This document shows, piece after piece, positions 49,163 to 58,900 of a stretch of 64,000 nt of DNA. The translations under genes were made by a program, and so were the position numbers. Position 1 is the first letter of the stretch. Every line of letters begins with the position of its first letter. Below the pieces are notes generated by a model. The model was given only the letters and a program-made list of their open reading frames with translations, was not told the origin of the DNA and did not search any database. Origin of the DNA: an uncultured Bacteroidota bacterium (GTDB taxonomy: Bacteria; Bacteroidota; Bacteroidia; Flavobacteriales; Flavobacteriaceae). The DNA lies in NCBI GenBank assembly GCA_902622575.1, contig CACNQJ010000001.1, positions 10,896 to 74,895 of the forward strand, written 5' to 3'.

Positions 49163-49244
49163 GCGGGTGTGGTGAAATTGGTAGACACGCTAGACTTAGG
49201 ATCTAGTGCTTAACGGCGTGGGGGTTCGAGTCCCTTCACCCGCA
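49163..49244 (+). tRNA. tRNA-Leu (anticodon TAG), class II with long variable arm
   Basis: The acceptor stem is GCGGGTG/CACCCGC and the D-arm is GTGAAATTGGTAGACAC. The anticodon stem-loop is CTAGA-CTTAGGA-TCTAG and the T-loop is TTCGAGT. Confidence 0.9.
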
Positions 49245-49249
49245 CTTTT

Positions 49250-49280
49250 AAACCCCGACATCTGTTGGGGTTTATTATTT
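49250..49280. terminator. Hairpin terminator after tRNA-Leu, shared with the convergent gene end
   Basis: AAACCCCGAC, a short loop, then GTTGGGGTTT followed by TTATTATTTT. It overlaps the stop of the minus-strand gene at 49275. Confidence 0.6.
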
Positions 49281-49988
49281 TCTTTTCACCCAAATCTCGT
49301 GAAGTGGATCCCCTTTACTGCTAAAGCCTTTATGGTTCCATTCACCATCCATTATTTCAAAATCAAACTGTAATTTTAGCCCTGCCTTTGAATCGTCTCT
49401 AGAAAAAAATTCAATGTTTTCCGAGTAAACTCCATCTTTTGTGGTGTAGGTTCCGCCTCCAGTTCCCATGAACTGTTTCGTCTCAGTATTATACGCTATC
49501 CATTGAAATCTTTTCCCAGAAAGTAATTTCATTGTTTTTCTTGGTCGATCTATACTTCTTGTTTGTTTTTTTCCATTTCTATATCTTCCAGACATAAGCC
49601 AAGCACCTTCCAGTTTACCTGGTTTTCCATTATCTATTCTTTTCCATGTCCTGCTCATATCAGGAACTGTAATGGAGTTCTTTTTTAAGATTATTTTGAA
49701 GGTGACCTCAGATCCAACCCTTTCAGGATTTTCTGTATCAAACTCAACTTTTTCTGTTAAATCATCACCATTTAGTTCCCAAGTTCCACCATTAGAATAA
49801 ATAAATTCACCAGTTTCAGCATTGAAAATACTAATAGATTGAAAACCATTTGAACTAAATATTACTATTTGCTTCTCTTTTACACCCGATTCATTCTCTT
49901 GAATAAGTTCCCAAGATCCAATTAAGCTTTGTGATTTTATGCTTGTTGTAAAAAGAACTAGCAGGATTATGGTGATAATATTTTTCAT
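49275..49988 (-). CDS. Secreted protein with two lipocalin-like repeats, function unknown
   Basis: 237 aa with a signal peptide and an internal duplication (GSWEL...NAETGEFIYSNGGTWELNGDDLTEKVEF versus GAWLM...NTETKQFMGTGGGTYTTKDGVYSENIEF). ATGA overlaps the waaA stop. Confidence 0.6.
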   Translation of the reverse strand: MKNIITIILLVLFTTSIKSQSLIGSWELIQENESGVKEKQIVIFSSNGFQSISIFNAETGEFIYSNGGTWELNGDDLTEKVEFDTENPERVGSEVTFKIILKKNSITVPDMSRTWKRIDNGKPGKLEGAWLMSGRYRNGKKQTRSIDRPRKTMKLLSGKRFQWIAYNTETKQFMGTGGGTYTTKDGVYSENIEFFSRDDSKAGLKLQFDFEIMDGEWNHKGFSSKGDPLHEIWVKRK

Positions 49989-51217
49989 AATGATAAATTT
50001 TTAATTATTGAATTTGTGGCAATTGTTTGTTTGTTAAAATATTTTCTCATGTTATTAATTTTCTCTGTTCTATATTTTTGGTTGGTAATTAGCTTATTAA
50101 TCTCATTGTCAAACTCATTTTGATTTTTCACAGATATTAAACCATTTAATTTTACTAATTCAACAGACTCATTAAACTTTTTATAATTTTTTCCAACTAC
50201 AACAGGAATTTCAAAGACACAAGCCTCCAAAATATTATGTAGTCCTGTATTTCCCATTCCTCCACCGACGTAACTTAGGTCAGCGTATTTATAAATATTT
50301 TTTAAATGACCGATAGTGTTTAAAATAAGTATATTACCATGTACATTATCTTTATTAATATCAGAGTAAATTAAATGATTTGAATGTATATTTTTTTTAA
50401 TTCTTTTTATATTATTTTTTGACACATCATGTGGTGCTATAATCCATTTTATATTAGTTTTAAAATTGTTAATGTAATCAAAAATCATCTTTTCATCCTC
50501 CTTCCATGTGCTTCCACAAACAATGCAAAAGTCACTACCCTTAAACTTCTCAATAATTTGATTATTGTAGCTTTCTTTTGCTAGAGTTAATGCCCTTTCA
50601 ACTTTTAAACTACCCGATATTATAATATTTTTTACACCTACTTTATCCAGCAAATGCTTTGATTTCCTATCTACCGTAAATATTTTAGAAAACATCTTTA
50701 ATTTACTTATATATAAATATTTTAAAGGAAATGATAAGTATTTGTCATTCTCTCTAAATATTGATTCTACCAAATATGTTTTTATTTTTCTTGTTTTTAA
50801 TTCTCTAAGAAAATTCGGCCATATTTCTAACTTAATAAATATTGCCATTTTAGGTTTTATAATAGTTATAAAATTCTTTGCGTTTTCTGTTGTATCCAAG
50901 GGTAAATAAAATGTATAATCAATTTCTTTTATTCTATTTTTTACTTGAAAACCAGACTCTGAAAAAAATGTTAGTATTATTGTAGATGAATATTTTTCTT
51001 TAATTTTTTTTATTAAAGGTACAGCTATCTCATATTCACCTAATGATGCCGCGTGAAACCACACCTCATTTCCTTTAACTTTTATTTCATTTTCAATTGT
51101 ATTAATTAATGAAACCCTATTACTTTTAAAACGTTTAATCTTGTCACTAAATATCCCTAATAATGGCAGTACAATTTTGTCGATAAGTTTAAAGAATATG
51201 TTGTATAAATGATTCAC
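49985..51217 (-). CDS. waaA: 3-deoxy-D-manno-octulosonic acid (Kdo) transferase
   Basis: 410 aa with GTG start. It has WFHAASLGEYE, KLEIWPNF and GGGMGNTGLHNILEA. Confidence 0.85.
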   Translation of the reverse strand: MNHLYNIFFKLIDKIVLPLLGIFSDKIKRFKSNRVSLINTIENEIKVKGNEVWFHAASLGEYEIAVPLIKKIKEKYSSTIILTFFSESGFQVKNRIKEIDYTFYLPLDTTENAKNFITIIKPKMAIFIKLEIWPNFLRELKTRKIKTYLVESIFRENDKYLSFPLKYLYISKLKMFSKIFTVDRKSKHLLDKVGVKNIIISGSLKVERALTLAKESYNNQIIEKFKGSDFCIVCGSTWKEDEKMIFDYINNFKTNIKWIIAPHDVSKNNIKRIKKNIHSNHLIYSDINKDNVHGNILILNTIGHLKNIYKYADLSYVGGGMGNTGLHNILEACVFEIPVVVGKNYKKFNESVELVKLNGLISVKNQNEFDNEINKLITNQKYRTEKINNMRKYFNKQTIATNSIIKNLSL

Positions 51218-51270
51218 AATTACTAAAGTAATACATTTAGAAATAGTATTTTTACAGCAAATTTTATTTG

Positions 51271-52404
51271 ATGAATAAAATACACATGGTTGACCTCAAG
51301 GGTCAATACAATGAAATCAAATCAGAAATTGATAAAGCCGTAATCAATGTCATAGAAAGTGGCCAATATATTAACGGCCCAGCTGTTCAAGAGTTCACAT
51401 CAAATTTAGAGAAATACCTTTCTGTTAGCCATGTTATTCCTTGTGCAAATGGAACTGATGCGCTTCAAGTTGCCCTGATGGCTTTAGATCTAAGACCAGG
51501 CGATGAAGTTATAACCACAGATTTTACTTTTGCTTCTAGCGTTGAGGTAATTGCCTTACTAGGATTGAAACCTGTATTGGTTGACGTTGAAGTCGATACA
51601 TTTAATATTGATATTGAAAAAATATCTAGTGCTATAACCAAAAAAACAAAAGCAATAATACCTGTTCATCTTTTCGGACAAACTGCGGAAATGGATGAAA
51701 TTATGCGTATTGCAGACGAAAATAATTTATACGTAATAGAGGATAATGCTCAAGCCATTGGTTCTGTATATACTAATTCAAAAAATCAAAAAATCAAAGC
51801 AGGAACAATAGGACATATAGGCACAACTTCTTTCTTTCCATCAAAAAATCTAGGTTGCTATGGAGATGGAGGTGCGATTTTCACCAATGATGATGACTTG
51901 GCAAAAAAAATGAGAGGTTTAGTAAATCATGGGATGTATAAGAGATATCATCATGATCTAGTTGGTATTAATTCGAGATTAGATTCTGTTCAAGCAGCTA
52001 TATTAGATATTAAATTAAAAAATATTGATAAATACAATGAATCGAGAAGAAAGTCAGCTACGATATACAGTGATTTAATAAATTCTAATGATATTATTAA
52101 GCCAATGATAAAATACAGTGAAGACTCCCATGTTTTTCATCAATATACTCTAAGATTAACCAATGGAAAGAGAGATGAAATGGTTAATTTTTTGAATGAG
52201 AATAATGTTCCTTGTGGCATATATTATCCAATCCCCCTTCATAGTCAAAATGCTTATAAAAGAGATGATTACAATGAGTCAGACTTTAATGTGACCAATA
52301 AAATTAGTAAGGAAGTTTTTTCTCTTCCAATGCATTCTGAACTAGATATGGATCAACAAAAATTTATAAGTAATTTGGTAAATGAGTTTACCTCAAAAAG
52401 CTGA
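51271..52404 (+). CDS. DegT/DnrJ/EryC1/StrS-family sugar aminotransferase
   Basis: It has MVDLKGQY, NGTDALQ, SFFPSKNLGCYGDGG (PLP lysine) and HQY. I prefer the ATG at 51271 over the TTG at 51268. Confidence 0.85.
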   Translation: MNKIHMVDLKGQYNEIKSEIDKAVINVIESGQYINGPAVQEFTSNLEKYLSVSHVIPCANGTDALQVALMALDLRPGDEVITTDFTFASSVEVIALLGLKPVLVDVEVDTFNIDIEKISSAITKKTKAIIPVHLFGQTAEMDEIMRIADENNLYVIEDNAQAIGSVYTNSKNQKIKAGTIGHIGTTSFFPSKNLGCYGDGGAIFTNDDDLAKKMRGLVNHGMYKRYHHDLVGINSRLDSVQAAILDIKLKNIDKYNESRRKSATIYSDLINSNDIIKPMIKYSEDSHVFHQYTLRLTNGKRDEMVNFLNENNVPCGIYYPIPLHSQNAYKRDDYNESDFNVTNKISKEVFSLPMHSELDMDQQKFISNLVNEFTSKS

Positions 52405-53271
52405 TTGTACTTTTACTTCCCTATCAACTTTTTTTATTAAACCACACAACACTTTACCTGGACCAAATTCCGTAAAACTATTTGCACCATCATTTAACAT
52501 ATTTTCTACAGATTGTGTCCATTTAACTGGAGATGTTAATTGATTAATTAAATTAATTTTAATTTTTCTAATCTCAGATTCAGGTTTTCCATTTACATTT
52601 TGATAAATAGGGCAGGTAGGATTTTGAAAATTTATGTTGTTAATTGCCTCGCTTAACTCATCTTGAGCATCTTTCATAAGTTGAGAGTGAAATGCTCCAC
52701 TTACTGGTAATATTAGACTTCTTCTTGCACCAAGTTCATTGAATTTTTCACAAATAGATTTTACATCATTAAAGTTTCCTGAAATAACGACTTGTCCAGG
52801 ACAATTAAAATTTGCAGCAACTACATAACCTTGAAAACTTTCACAAGTTTCCTCAATTATTTTATCATCCAAACCGAGAATTGCAGCCATCCCTCCTTTA
52901 TTATTTTCACACGCTTTTTGCATAGCCAGTGCTCGAATTGATACAAGTTTTAAACCGTCACTAAAGCTCATAGATTTGTTGGCTACTAATGCAGAAAATT
53001 CACCGAGAGAATGCCCAGCCACCAGACTTGGATTAACATCATTTTCATTTAGGTACAACTCAGCAATCGAATGTAAAAATATAGCTGGTTGTGTGACCTT
53101 GGTCTGTTTTAGTTCCTCTTCAGAACCATGAAACATTATTTTTGAAAGGTCAAATCCAAGTATATCATCGGCTTCTTCAAAAAGCTGTTTGATTTTTTTT
53201 GAGCTGTTGTAGGCATCAAGTCCCATCCCTGGGAATTGAGCACCTTGACCTGGAAATACAAATGCATTCAT
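52393..53271 (-). CDS. fabD: Malonyl-CoA:ACP transacylase
   Basis: 292 aa with FVFPGQGAQ, GHSLGEFSAL and VSGAFHS. Confidence 0.9.
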   Translation of the reverse strand: MNAFVFPGQGAQFPGMGLDAYNSSKKIKQLFEEADDILGFDLSKIMFHGSEEELKQTKVTQPAIFLHSIAELYLNENDVNPSLVAGHSLGEFSALVANKSMSFSDGLKLVSIRALAMQKACENNKGGMAAILGLDDKIIEETCESFQGYVVAANFNCPGQVVISGNFNDVKSICEKFNELGARRSLILPVSGAFHSQLMKDAQDELSEAINNINFQNPTCPIYQNVNGKPESEIRKIKINLINQLTSPVKWTQSVENMLNDGANSFTEFGPGKVLCGLIKKVDREVKVQSAF

Positions 53272-54161
53272 TATTTTATTTTATTATATGTAATAAACGT
53301 AAAGTCATAATTATGGTTATCATCTTTTTTATTTGTAATTTTTTTTGTTTCTGCCCATTTACTTTTATCAATATTAGGAAATGAAGTGTCTCCTTCAAAA
53401 TGATGATGAACTCTGGTTAATTCAATTCTATCGCTAATATCCATTGCTATTTTATATATTTCACCCCCTCCAATTATAAACGGTTGGGGATCTTCAGAAG
53501 CTATCGATAGAGCTCCTTCTAATGAATTAGTTACAATTGCATTTTCAGCTATATAATCTTTTTTTCTTGTAATAATAACATTAGTTCTATTAGGTAAAGC
53601 TCTTGGCATTGATTCAAATGTTTTTCTTCCCATTATAACATGATGACCTTTTGTTAATTCTTTAAATCTCCTCAGATCATTACTCAAATGCCAAATCAGT
53701 TTGTTCTTATTTCCAATAATATTATTTTCAGATGCAGCAACAATAATTGTAACCAATTGCGATTTTTTATTATAAAACTCCACTTCTGCTTTTATTTTTG
53801 ATTCTAATTGCATTTTTTCTTTGATACTTTCAATTTCTTTTTGCTGAATATTTATCAATTTATTTTTTTGATTTTTTATCCATCTGCTATTGATAAACCT
53901 GTCTGTCACATAAACTTTAAAAACATGAAAAATAAGTATGAAAAACCAACAAAAAACAATCCAAAATGACCACGAATAGTCGAGAAGAGTAATGTCAGAC
54001 CCAACATTAAAAATATAATCGAGAGATGAGCTAATTGCGCAACCAAAAATGAAAAACACAAAGTGAGAATAAAGAAATTTTTTTTGCCTTATTCTCTTTT
54101 GAGCATATTCAAGTTGTTCAATTTGTTCATTATCAATATCTGAATTACTTTTAACTTTCAT
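53271..54161 (-). CDS. folA: 2TM-domain membrane segment fused in frame to dihydrofolate reductase
   Basis: The N-terminal ~100 aa are 2TM-like (KRIRQKKFLYSHFVFFIFG, WSFWIVFCWFFILIFHVF), followed by a K/E-rich linker. DHFR starts about nt 53756 (VTIIVAASENNIIGNKNKLIWHLSNDLRRFKELTKGHHVIMGRKTFES). I chose the ATG at 54161. An internal ATG at 53813 is an alternative DHFR start. Confidence 0.7.
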   Translation of the reverse strand: MKVKSNSDIDNEQIEQLEYAQKRIRQKKFLYSHFVFFIFGCAISSSLDYIFNVGSDITLLDYSWSFWIVFCWFFILIFHVFKVYVTDRFINSRWIKNQKNKLINIQQKEIESIKEKMQLESKIKAEVEFYNKKSQLVTIIVAASENNIIGNKNKLIWHLSNDLRRFKELTKGHHVIMGRKTFESMPRALPNRTNVIITRKKDYIAENAIVTNSLEGALSIASEDPQPFIIGGGEIYKIAMDISDRIELTRVHHHFEGDTSFPNIDKSKWAETKKITNKKDDNHNYDFTFITYNKIK

Positions 54162-54167
54162 AGAGTG

Positions 54168-54175
54168 CAAAATTA
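54168..54175 (-). promoter_or_regulatory. TAnnTTTG -7 box (TAATTTTG) for the 2TM-DHFR gene
   Basis: Exact match on the minus strand with 6 nt before the ATG at 54161, so the transcript would be near-leaderless. Confidence 0.45.
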
Positions 54176-54204
54176 ATAGAATTAATTGTTTAATCTATTC
54201 GAAT

Positions 54205-55248
54205 TTGGTGAGATTTTATAAAGATTCAAATAAAGTATATCTAGATAGTGCCAAGGCTAGTCCTTACTACTATGAATTATTGGATTGGAGAAATAATTAT
54301 GAAAAAAAATCATTAATTAAAAAAAGTGAAATAAGAGTAAATCATAAAAAAATTGTTGAAAATGTAAAAAATGAGTTAGCAGATTTTTTTGAATTAAAAA
54401 ACGGAGATGTTTTTATAACTAATTCTTTTTCTCAGGGTTTCCAATCCTTAGTAAATCAAATAAAAGGTAAGCCAAAGTTTATAGTTCTTGAAGATGATTA
54501 TCCCTCAATATCCAATGCTATAAAAAAAAATAATTTTGAATTAATATTTGTAAAAAATGATTCTAACATAGAAAATAACATAAAAATTGCTGTTGATAAA
54601 TTCAATCCTGATTTCCTAGCTATTTCCGTAGTACAATGGATTGATGGAATATTAATTGATGAAAATTTTTTGAAAAAATTAAAGTCAAAATATAAAAATC
54701 TTACAATTATTGCAGATGGAACACAGTTTTGTGGGACGTGTAATTTTAATTTTGAGAAATCACCATATGATGTATTAATTTCAAGTGGTTATAAGTGGAT
54801 GTTCGCAGGCTATGGAGTTGCATTCCTATTGATAAAAAATCATTTTTACAAAAATATATTTTTAAAATCAGACAAATTACAAATGGAAAATGCTATTGAA
54901 ATAGGTCACTATGATATGTTAGCTATTGGTAGCTTATCCTTTTCACTAAAAAAGCTTTCAAAATCAATTAATGCAATAGAAAAAAAATTGAAAGAATTGT
55001 CTATAATCGTAATGTTTGAATTAAAAAATCTTAATCTACTTAATGATAAAGTTAAAATTAGAACCAAACACTCAACAATTTTCAATATTAAAGATCCAGA
55101 GGGAGCTCTGTATGATTGGTTATCTAATAATAATTTTATTTGCTCAAAAAGAGGTAATGGTGTTAGAATTAGCTTTAATTTTTTTAACAATAAAACAGAA
55201 ATAAAAAAACTAATTAAGACAATAAAAAAATTTAACTCGTTACTTTAA
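54205..55248 (+). CDS. Class V aminotransferase-fold PLP enzyme (cysteine desulfurase/kynureninase-like)
   Basis: 347 aa with TTG start. It has VYLDSA, a candidate PLP lysine in SSGYKWMFAGYG, and RISFNFFN. Confidence 0.65.
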   Translation: MVRFYKDSNKVYLDSAKASPYYYELLDWRNNYEKKSLIKKSEIRVNHKKIVENVKNELADFFELKNGDVFITNSFSQGFQSLVNQIKGKPKFIVLEDDYPSISNAIKKNNFELIFVKNDSNIENNIKIAVDKFNPDFLAISVVQWIDGILIDENFLKKLKSKYKNLTIIADGTQFCGTCNFNFEKSPYDVLISSGYKWMFAGYGVAFLLIKNHFYKNIFLKSDKLQMENAIEIGHYDMLAIGSLSFSLKKLSKSINAIEKKLKELSIIVMFELKNLNLLNDKVKIRTKHSTIFNIKDPEGALYDWLSNNNFICSKRGNGVRISFNFFNNKTEIKKLIKTIKKFNSLL

Positions 55249-55921
55249 ACTTAGATACACCTGAATCAGAGTTGCTTCCTGAATTATCTTTACTAATCAC
55301 TTTCCAGAAGTAGGTTCCTGGCGTCGTCATATCATGATTAATTGAGCTGGAGGTCTGATTAGATTTAACTTTTGTGGTTGGAGGATTAGATGTGTCTATA
55401 TATATATCGTATGTTAGAGTATCACCTGAGTCAGCATCACTTCCCGACCATTCAAATTTTACTGAACCTGCAGTTACGGTAGCTTCTGATTTTGGACTAA
55501 TTAAATCTGCCGGAAATGGAGAATAATTATTTACTGGATCGCCTTTTAAATAAAACTTCCATTTTTCACTTTCAGCGGTTTCTGTTGTGCTGTTTGATTT
55601 AGAAATAATATACCAAGAGTATGGTTGTCCCTTTGTAAGTTTTATCGTCGTACTTGTGGAACTTGTAGTTTGATTTAAGGGAACTTGTGTCAATAAATTT
55701 TTTACTATTATTTCATAACTATCTGTATTTTCAGATGCTGTCCATTTAAATTCAACATTTTCTCCATCTAAACACTCAGAGTTTTTAGTGGGAGCGTTCA
55801 GTGTTACTGCAGTTGGGGCAGGCACAGGAGGTGGAGTTGATCCACCACCGTCACCATCATCTTTTTTACAAGATGATAAGATGGTTAATACTACAAATAG
55901 TAAATACTTTAATTTATTCAT
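55232..55921 (-). CDS. Lipoprotein with two FN3/Ig-like repeats
   Basis: 229 aa with lipobox LSSCKKDD and a Gly/Pro linker. Two ~90-aa repeats each contain V(E/K)F(K/E)W...D(S/T)...Y(E/D)I. ATGA overlaps the stop of the upstream giant gene. Confidence 0.65.
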   Translation of the reverse strand: MNKLKYLLFVVLTILSSCKKDDGDGGGSTPPPVPAPTAVTLNAPTKNSECLDGENVEFKWTASENTDSYEIIVKNLLTQVPLNQTTSSTSTTIKLTKGQPYSWYIISKSNSTTETAESEKWKFYLKGDPVNNYSPFPADLISPKSEATVTAGSVKFEWSGSDADSGDTLTYDIYIDTSNPPTTKVKSNQTSSSINHDMTTPGTYFWKVISKDNSGSNSDSGVSKFKVTS

Positions 55922-58900
55922 TCTTTTATAAGTTTAGCAGTTTTTTTAACAGTTTCTGATTCGACTTTTACGTAGTAAAGGCCTGGTTTTAAATTAGAAA
56001 CTTGTATATCAATAGATCTTGAACTAGGGACATTATTTTCATTTGTCCACAGCAATCTACCAGCATTATCGAACATACTCATATTTACATTCTTATCATT
56101 ACCACCTATCCAAAGTTTTGATGATGATCTGGCTGGGTTTGGACTTAATAAAATATTTTCCGAGTTAAATATTGTTTCTTCGTATACTCCTTGACATTCT
56201 TTTTCGCCATAAACTTTTATTACGTTCAGTCCTTTTTTAAGTTCTAAGGCAAATTCAGATTTGTCTGTTTGAATTGGATTATTATTATGAATGATGGTAT
56301 ACGTTTTACTTCCACTCATATTTAGATCAATAGTATTGGACCCTTTAGCTCTTGCAGCTAAAACTGAAATATCTTGAGGTTCAGTTATAATGACATTAAA
56401 GCATTGTTCAAAATTTGTAATAGAGTTTGTAGTTAGACAAACAGTGTAGGTAGCAGCTTGCAGATTTTCTAATACCCAACTGTCTGAATCTAAAATTTCA
56501 GGTGTGTGGGTGAACCCTGACGGACCACCTTTGATAGCCAATGTGAATTTAATACCACTGTCATCTAAAACACCTTGTGTTTTAATATCCAATTGCATTC
56601 TACCATCGTTAGAATTTCTACATGTTTCGTTTGAAGATTGTAAACTGAATGTATCATTTGGAAGTGGATTAGAATCACATACATCTCCAATATTGTCTCC
56701 ATCTAAATCTTGTTGATTTGGATTGTAGGTTTCGGGACAATTATCAACATCGTTCTTGACACCATCTTTATCATTATCATCAGAAATTACATTAAGAGTT
56801 ATTGCTAGCTCTCTAGATTTGCTTGTCGATACAGCTTTAAATTTTAAATCATACTGACCTAATTCAGTATCTTCACCGACTTCAAGTTCAATTGTTAGTT
56901 TACCGTCCTGATTAACAGTAAATTTTTTGGCAGGACTATAATTAGCTTCAACACCTTCAGGTAAACCTTCAATTGTGAAAATTATTTCTTCGTTAAAGTC
57001 ATTATAAACTCTGTAATCAACATCAAAACTTTTTGTATCACCAGCTAGAATTTCAATTGATTGGGTGGTGCTGCTGATTGTAAATGTGGGTTCTGAATTT
57101 TGAAAATGGCCAGAAAATATTCCAAGTCCATACGTAGAAATAAAAACCTTATTATCACCTTTTCTCATATCCATATCAGTCACCCTTAAATCTTTCATAC
57201 CTGCATTGGCTTGAGCCCATTTAGGATCATCAGAGCTAAAATTATTGGTAAACCAAACACCAAGTTCAGTACCAATAATTACTTCATCAGAATCTAAAGG
57301 GCTTTGAAGTATATTATAGACAGGTATATCTGGTAAGTTACCTTCTTTACTAGCCCAATTTTGACCTCCGTCACTTGAATAAAAAATACTTTTTACCCCA
57401 TAGTTGTAAAACGTAACAAAAATCTCATTTTCATCCTTTCCAAATTCAATATCTGAAACACTACCAATAAATTCATTACCGCTAATTATTTCTTTGGTTT
57501 GATTCGATGTGTTTTCAGCATTTGAAACCTTCCACAGATAACCATTTTCTGTTCCAACGTATAGAGTAGATGTTTGATTTTGAAATTGTGCAACATTAAG
57601 TGCAGTTGCTGTTGCTCCTAAGCCACTTATCACGTAATTATCTTTGATAGAGTTTGCATTAGAAAAATCATCCCAGTTGTAATAGGCTCTTACATTCCCG
57701 TTACCTGCATTAGCATATATTATTCCTAAATTGGAGTCAAGCGTGGCTCTATTTATAAAATCCCCCTCATCATCCTCATTATTTGAAATACGGTAACGAC
57801 CAGCTCTATCGTTTGATTGCCCAGGGTTTAAATTTAAAACTCTCACACTATTATTATAAACATAATTGTAAACTACATATCTGTTGTTATTATTTTGTGA
57901 AAACATAGTAGCTGCACCATCTCCACTTCCAAAGTCATTTGCAAGGGAAAATCCATCATCATTATCAGCTTGAATTGATGTTCCATTGTCTTGCATTCCA
58001 CCAGAGAAGACATCATCATGTCCTTCAATTGTAGTAAACATTTTGTATACAAAGCTACCAGCTCCGCCACTTGCATCTGGATCCCAAGACCCTTGTTCGG
58101 GATCATATCCATATACAACTGTTTTACCGTTTTTGAACATATTAAACGGTGCCACCGCTACAGTGTAATATTGTGCGGTGTGGAAGTTTTTACTACGAGT
58201 TTCTAGTGAACCGCCACTTGAGGAAAAAGCAACTCCTCCATCGCTTCCCACAAGCATTCTTAGAGGATTATTTTTATTAAAAATCACAGAATGTTGGTCT
58301 GCATGTACATATTGTGCATATCGTCCTCTCGAATGCGTCAGTTGTCCCCATGAATTTCCACCAGAATTTGAGCTAAATAGATTGATTCCACCCGCATATA
58401 ATTTGTCTTTGTTTGTTGGATGAGCTTCCAAAGAAACGCTGTAATAGCCCTGACCTCTTGCAAAATCATATTGATTTATTCCATCATCTTGATCTACAGG
58501 TGGATCCAATTCGGTTTGATTCCCTGAAATCCATTCTTCAATAGTTCCTTTGTAAAGCCTAGGTGGCAGTCTGCAGTATCCATCTTCACACTTTACAGCA
58601 ATACATAATACAACAAGTTCATTGTCAGCTGTAAATGCCATTTCAGTCCTTCTTCCATCATATGTAGTATTGCCTCGCTGTGTTTTAATTTCTTGAATTA
58701 AAGTCGCAGAATCACCATCGTCGTTTAACCTGTATATTTTTCCACCACCTTTGGGAGGATTGTCACCCCACTGATCACCAACAAGTTGATACTGAGGGCT
58801 AATTGTAGATGATGCCCATAATCTATTATCGTTATCTAACTCTAAATCCATAGGAACGACTGCAAGGTTATGTATTTTATTCTCTTCATTAATAGGATAA

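Noticed and set aside
56504-56716. Identical 70-aa plus-strand ORFs at 56504-56716 and 60876-61088, which might look like a duplicated small gene.
   Set aside because: They are antisense shadows of the duplicated 3' module of the T9SS genes. Their identity simply reflects the repeat.
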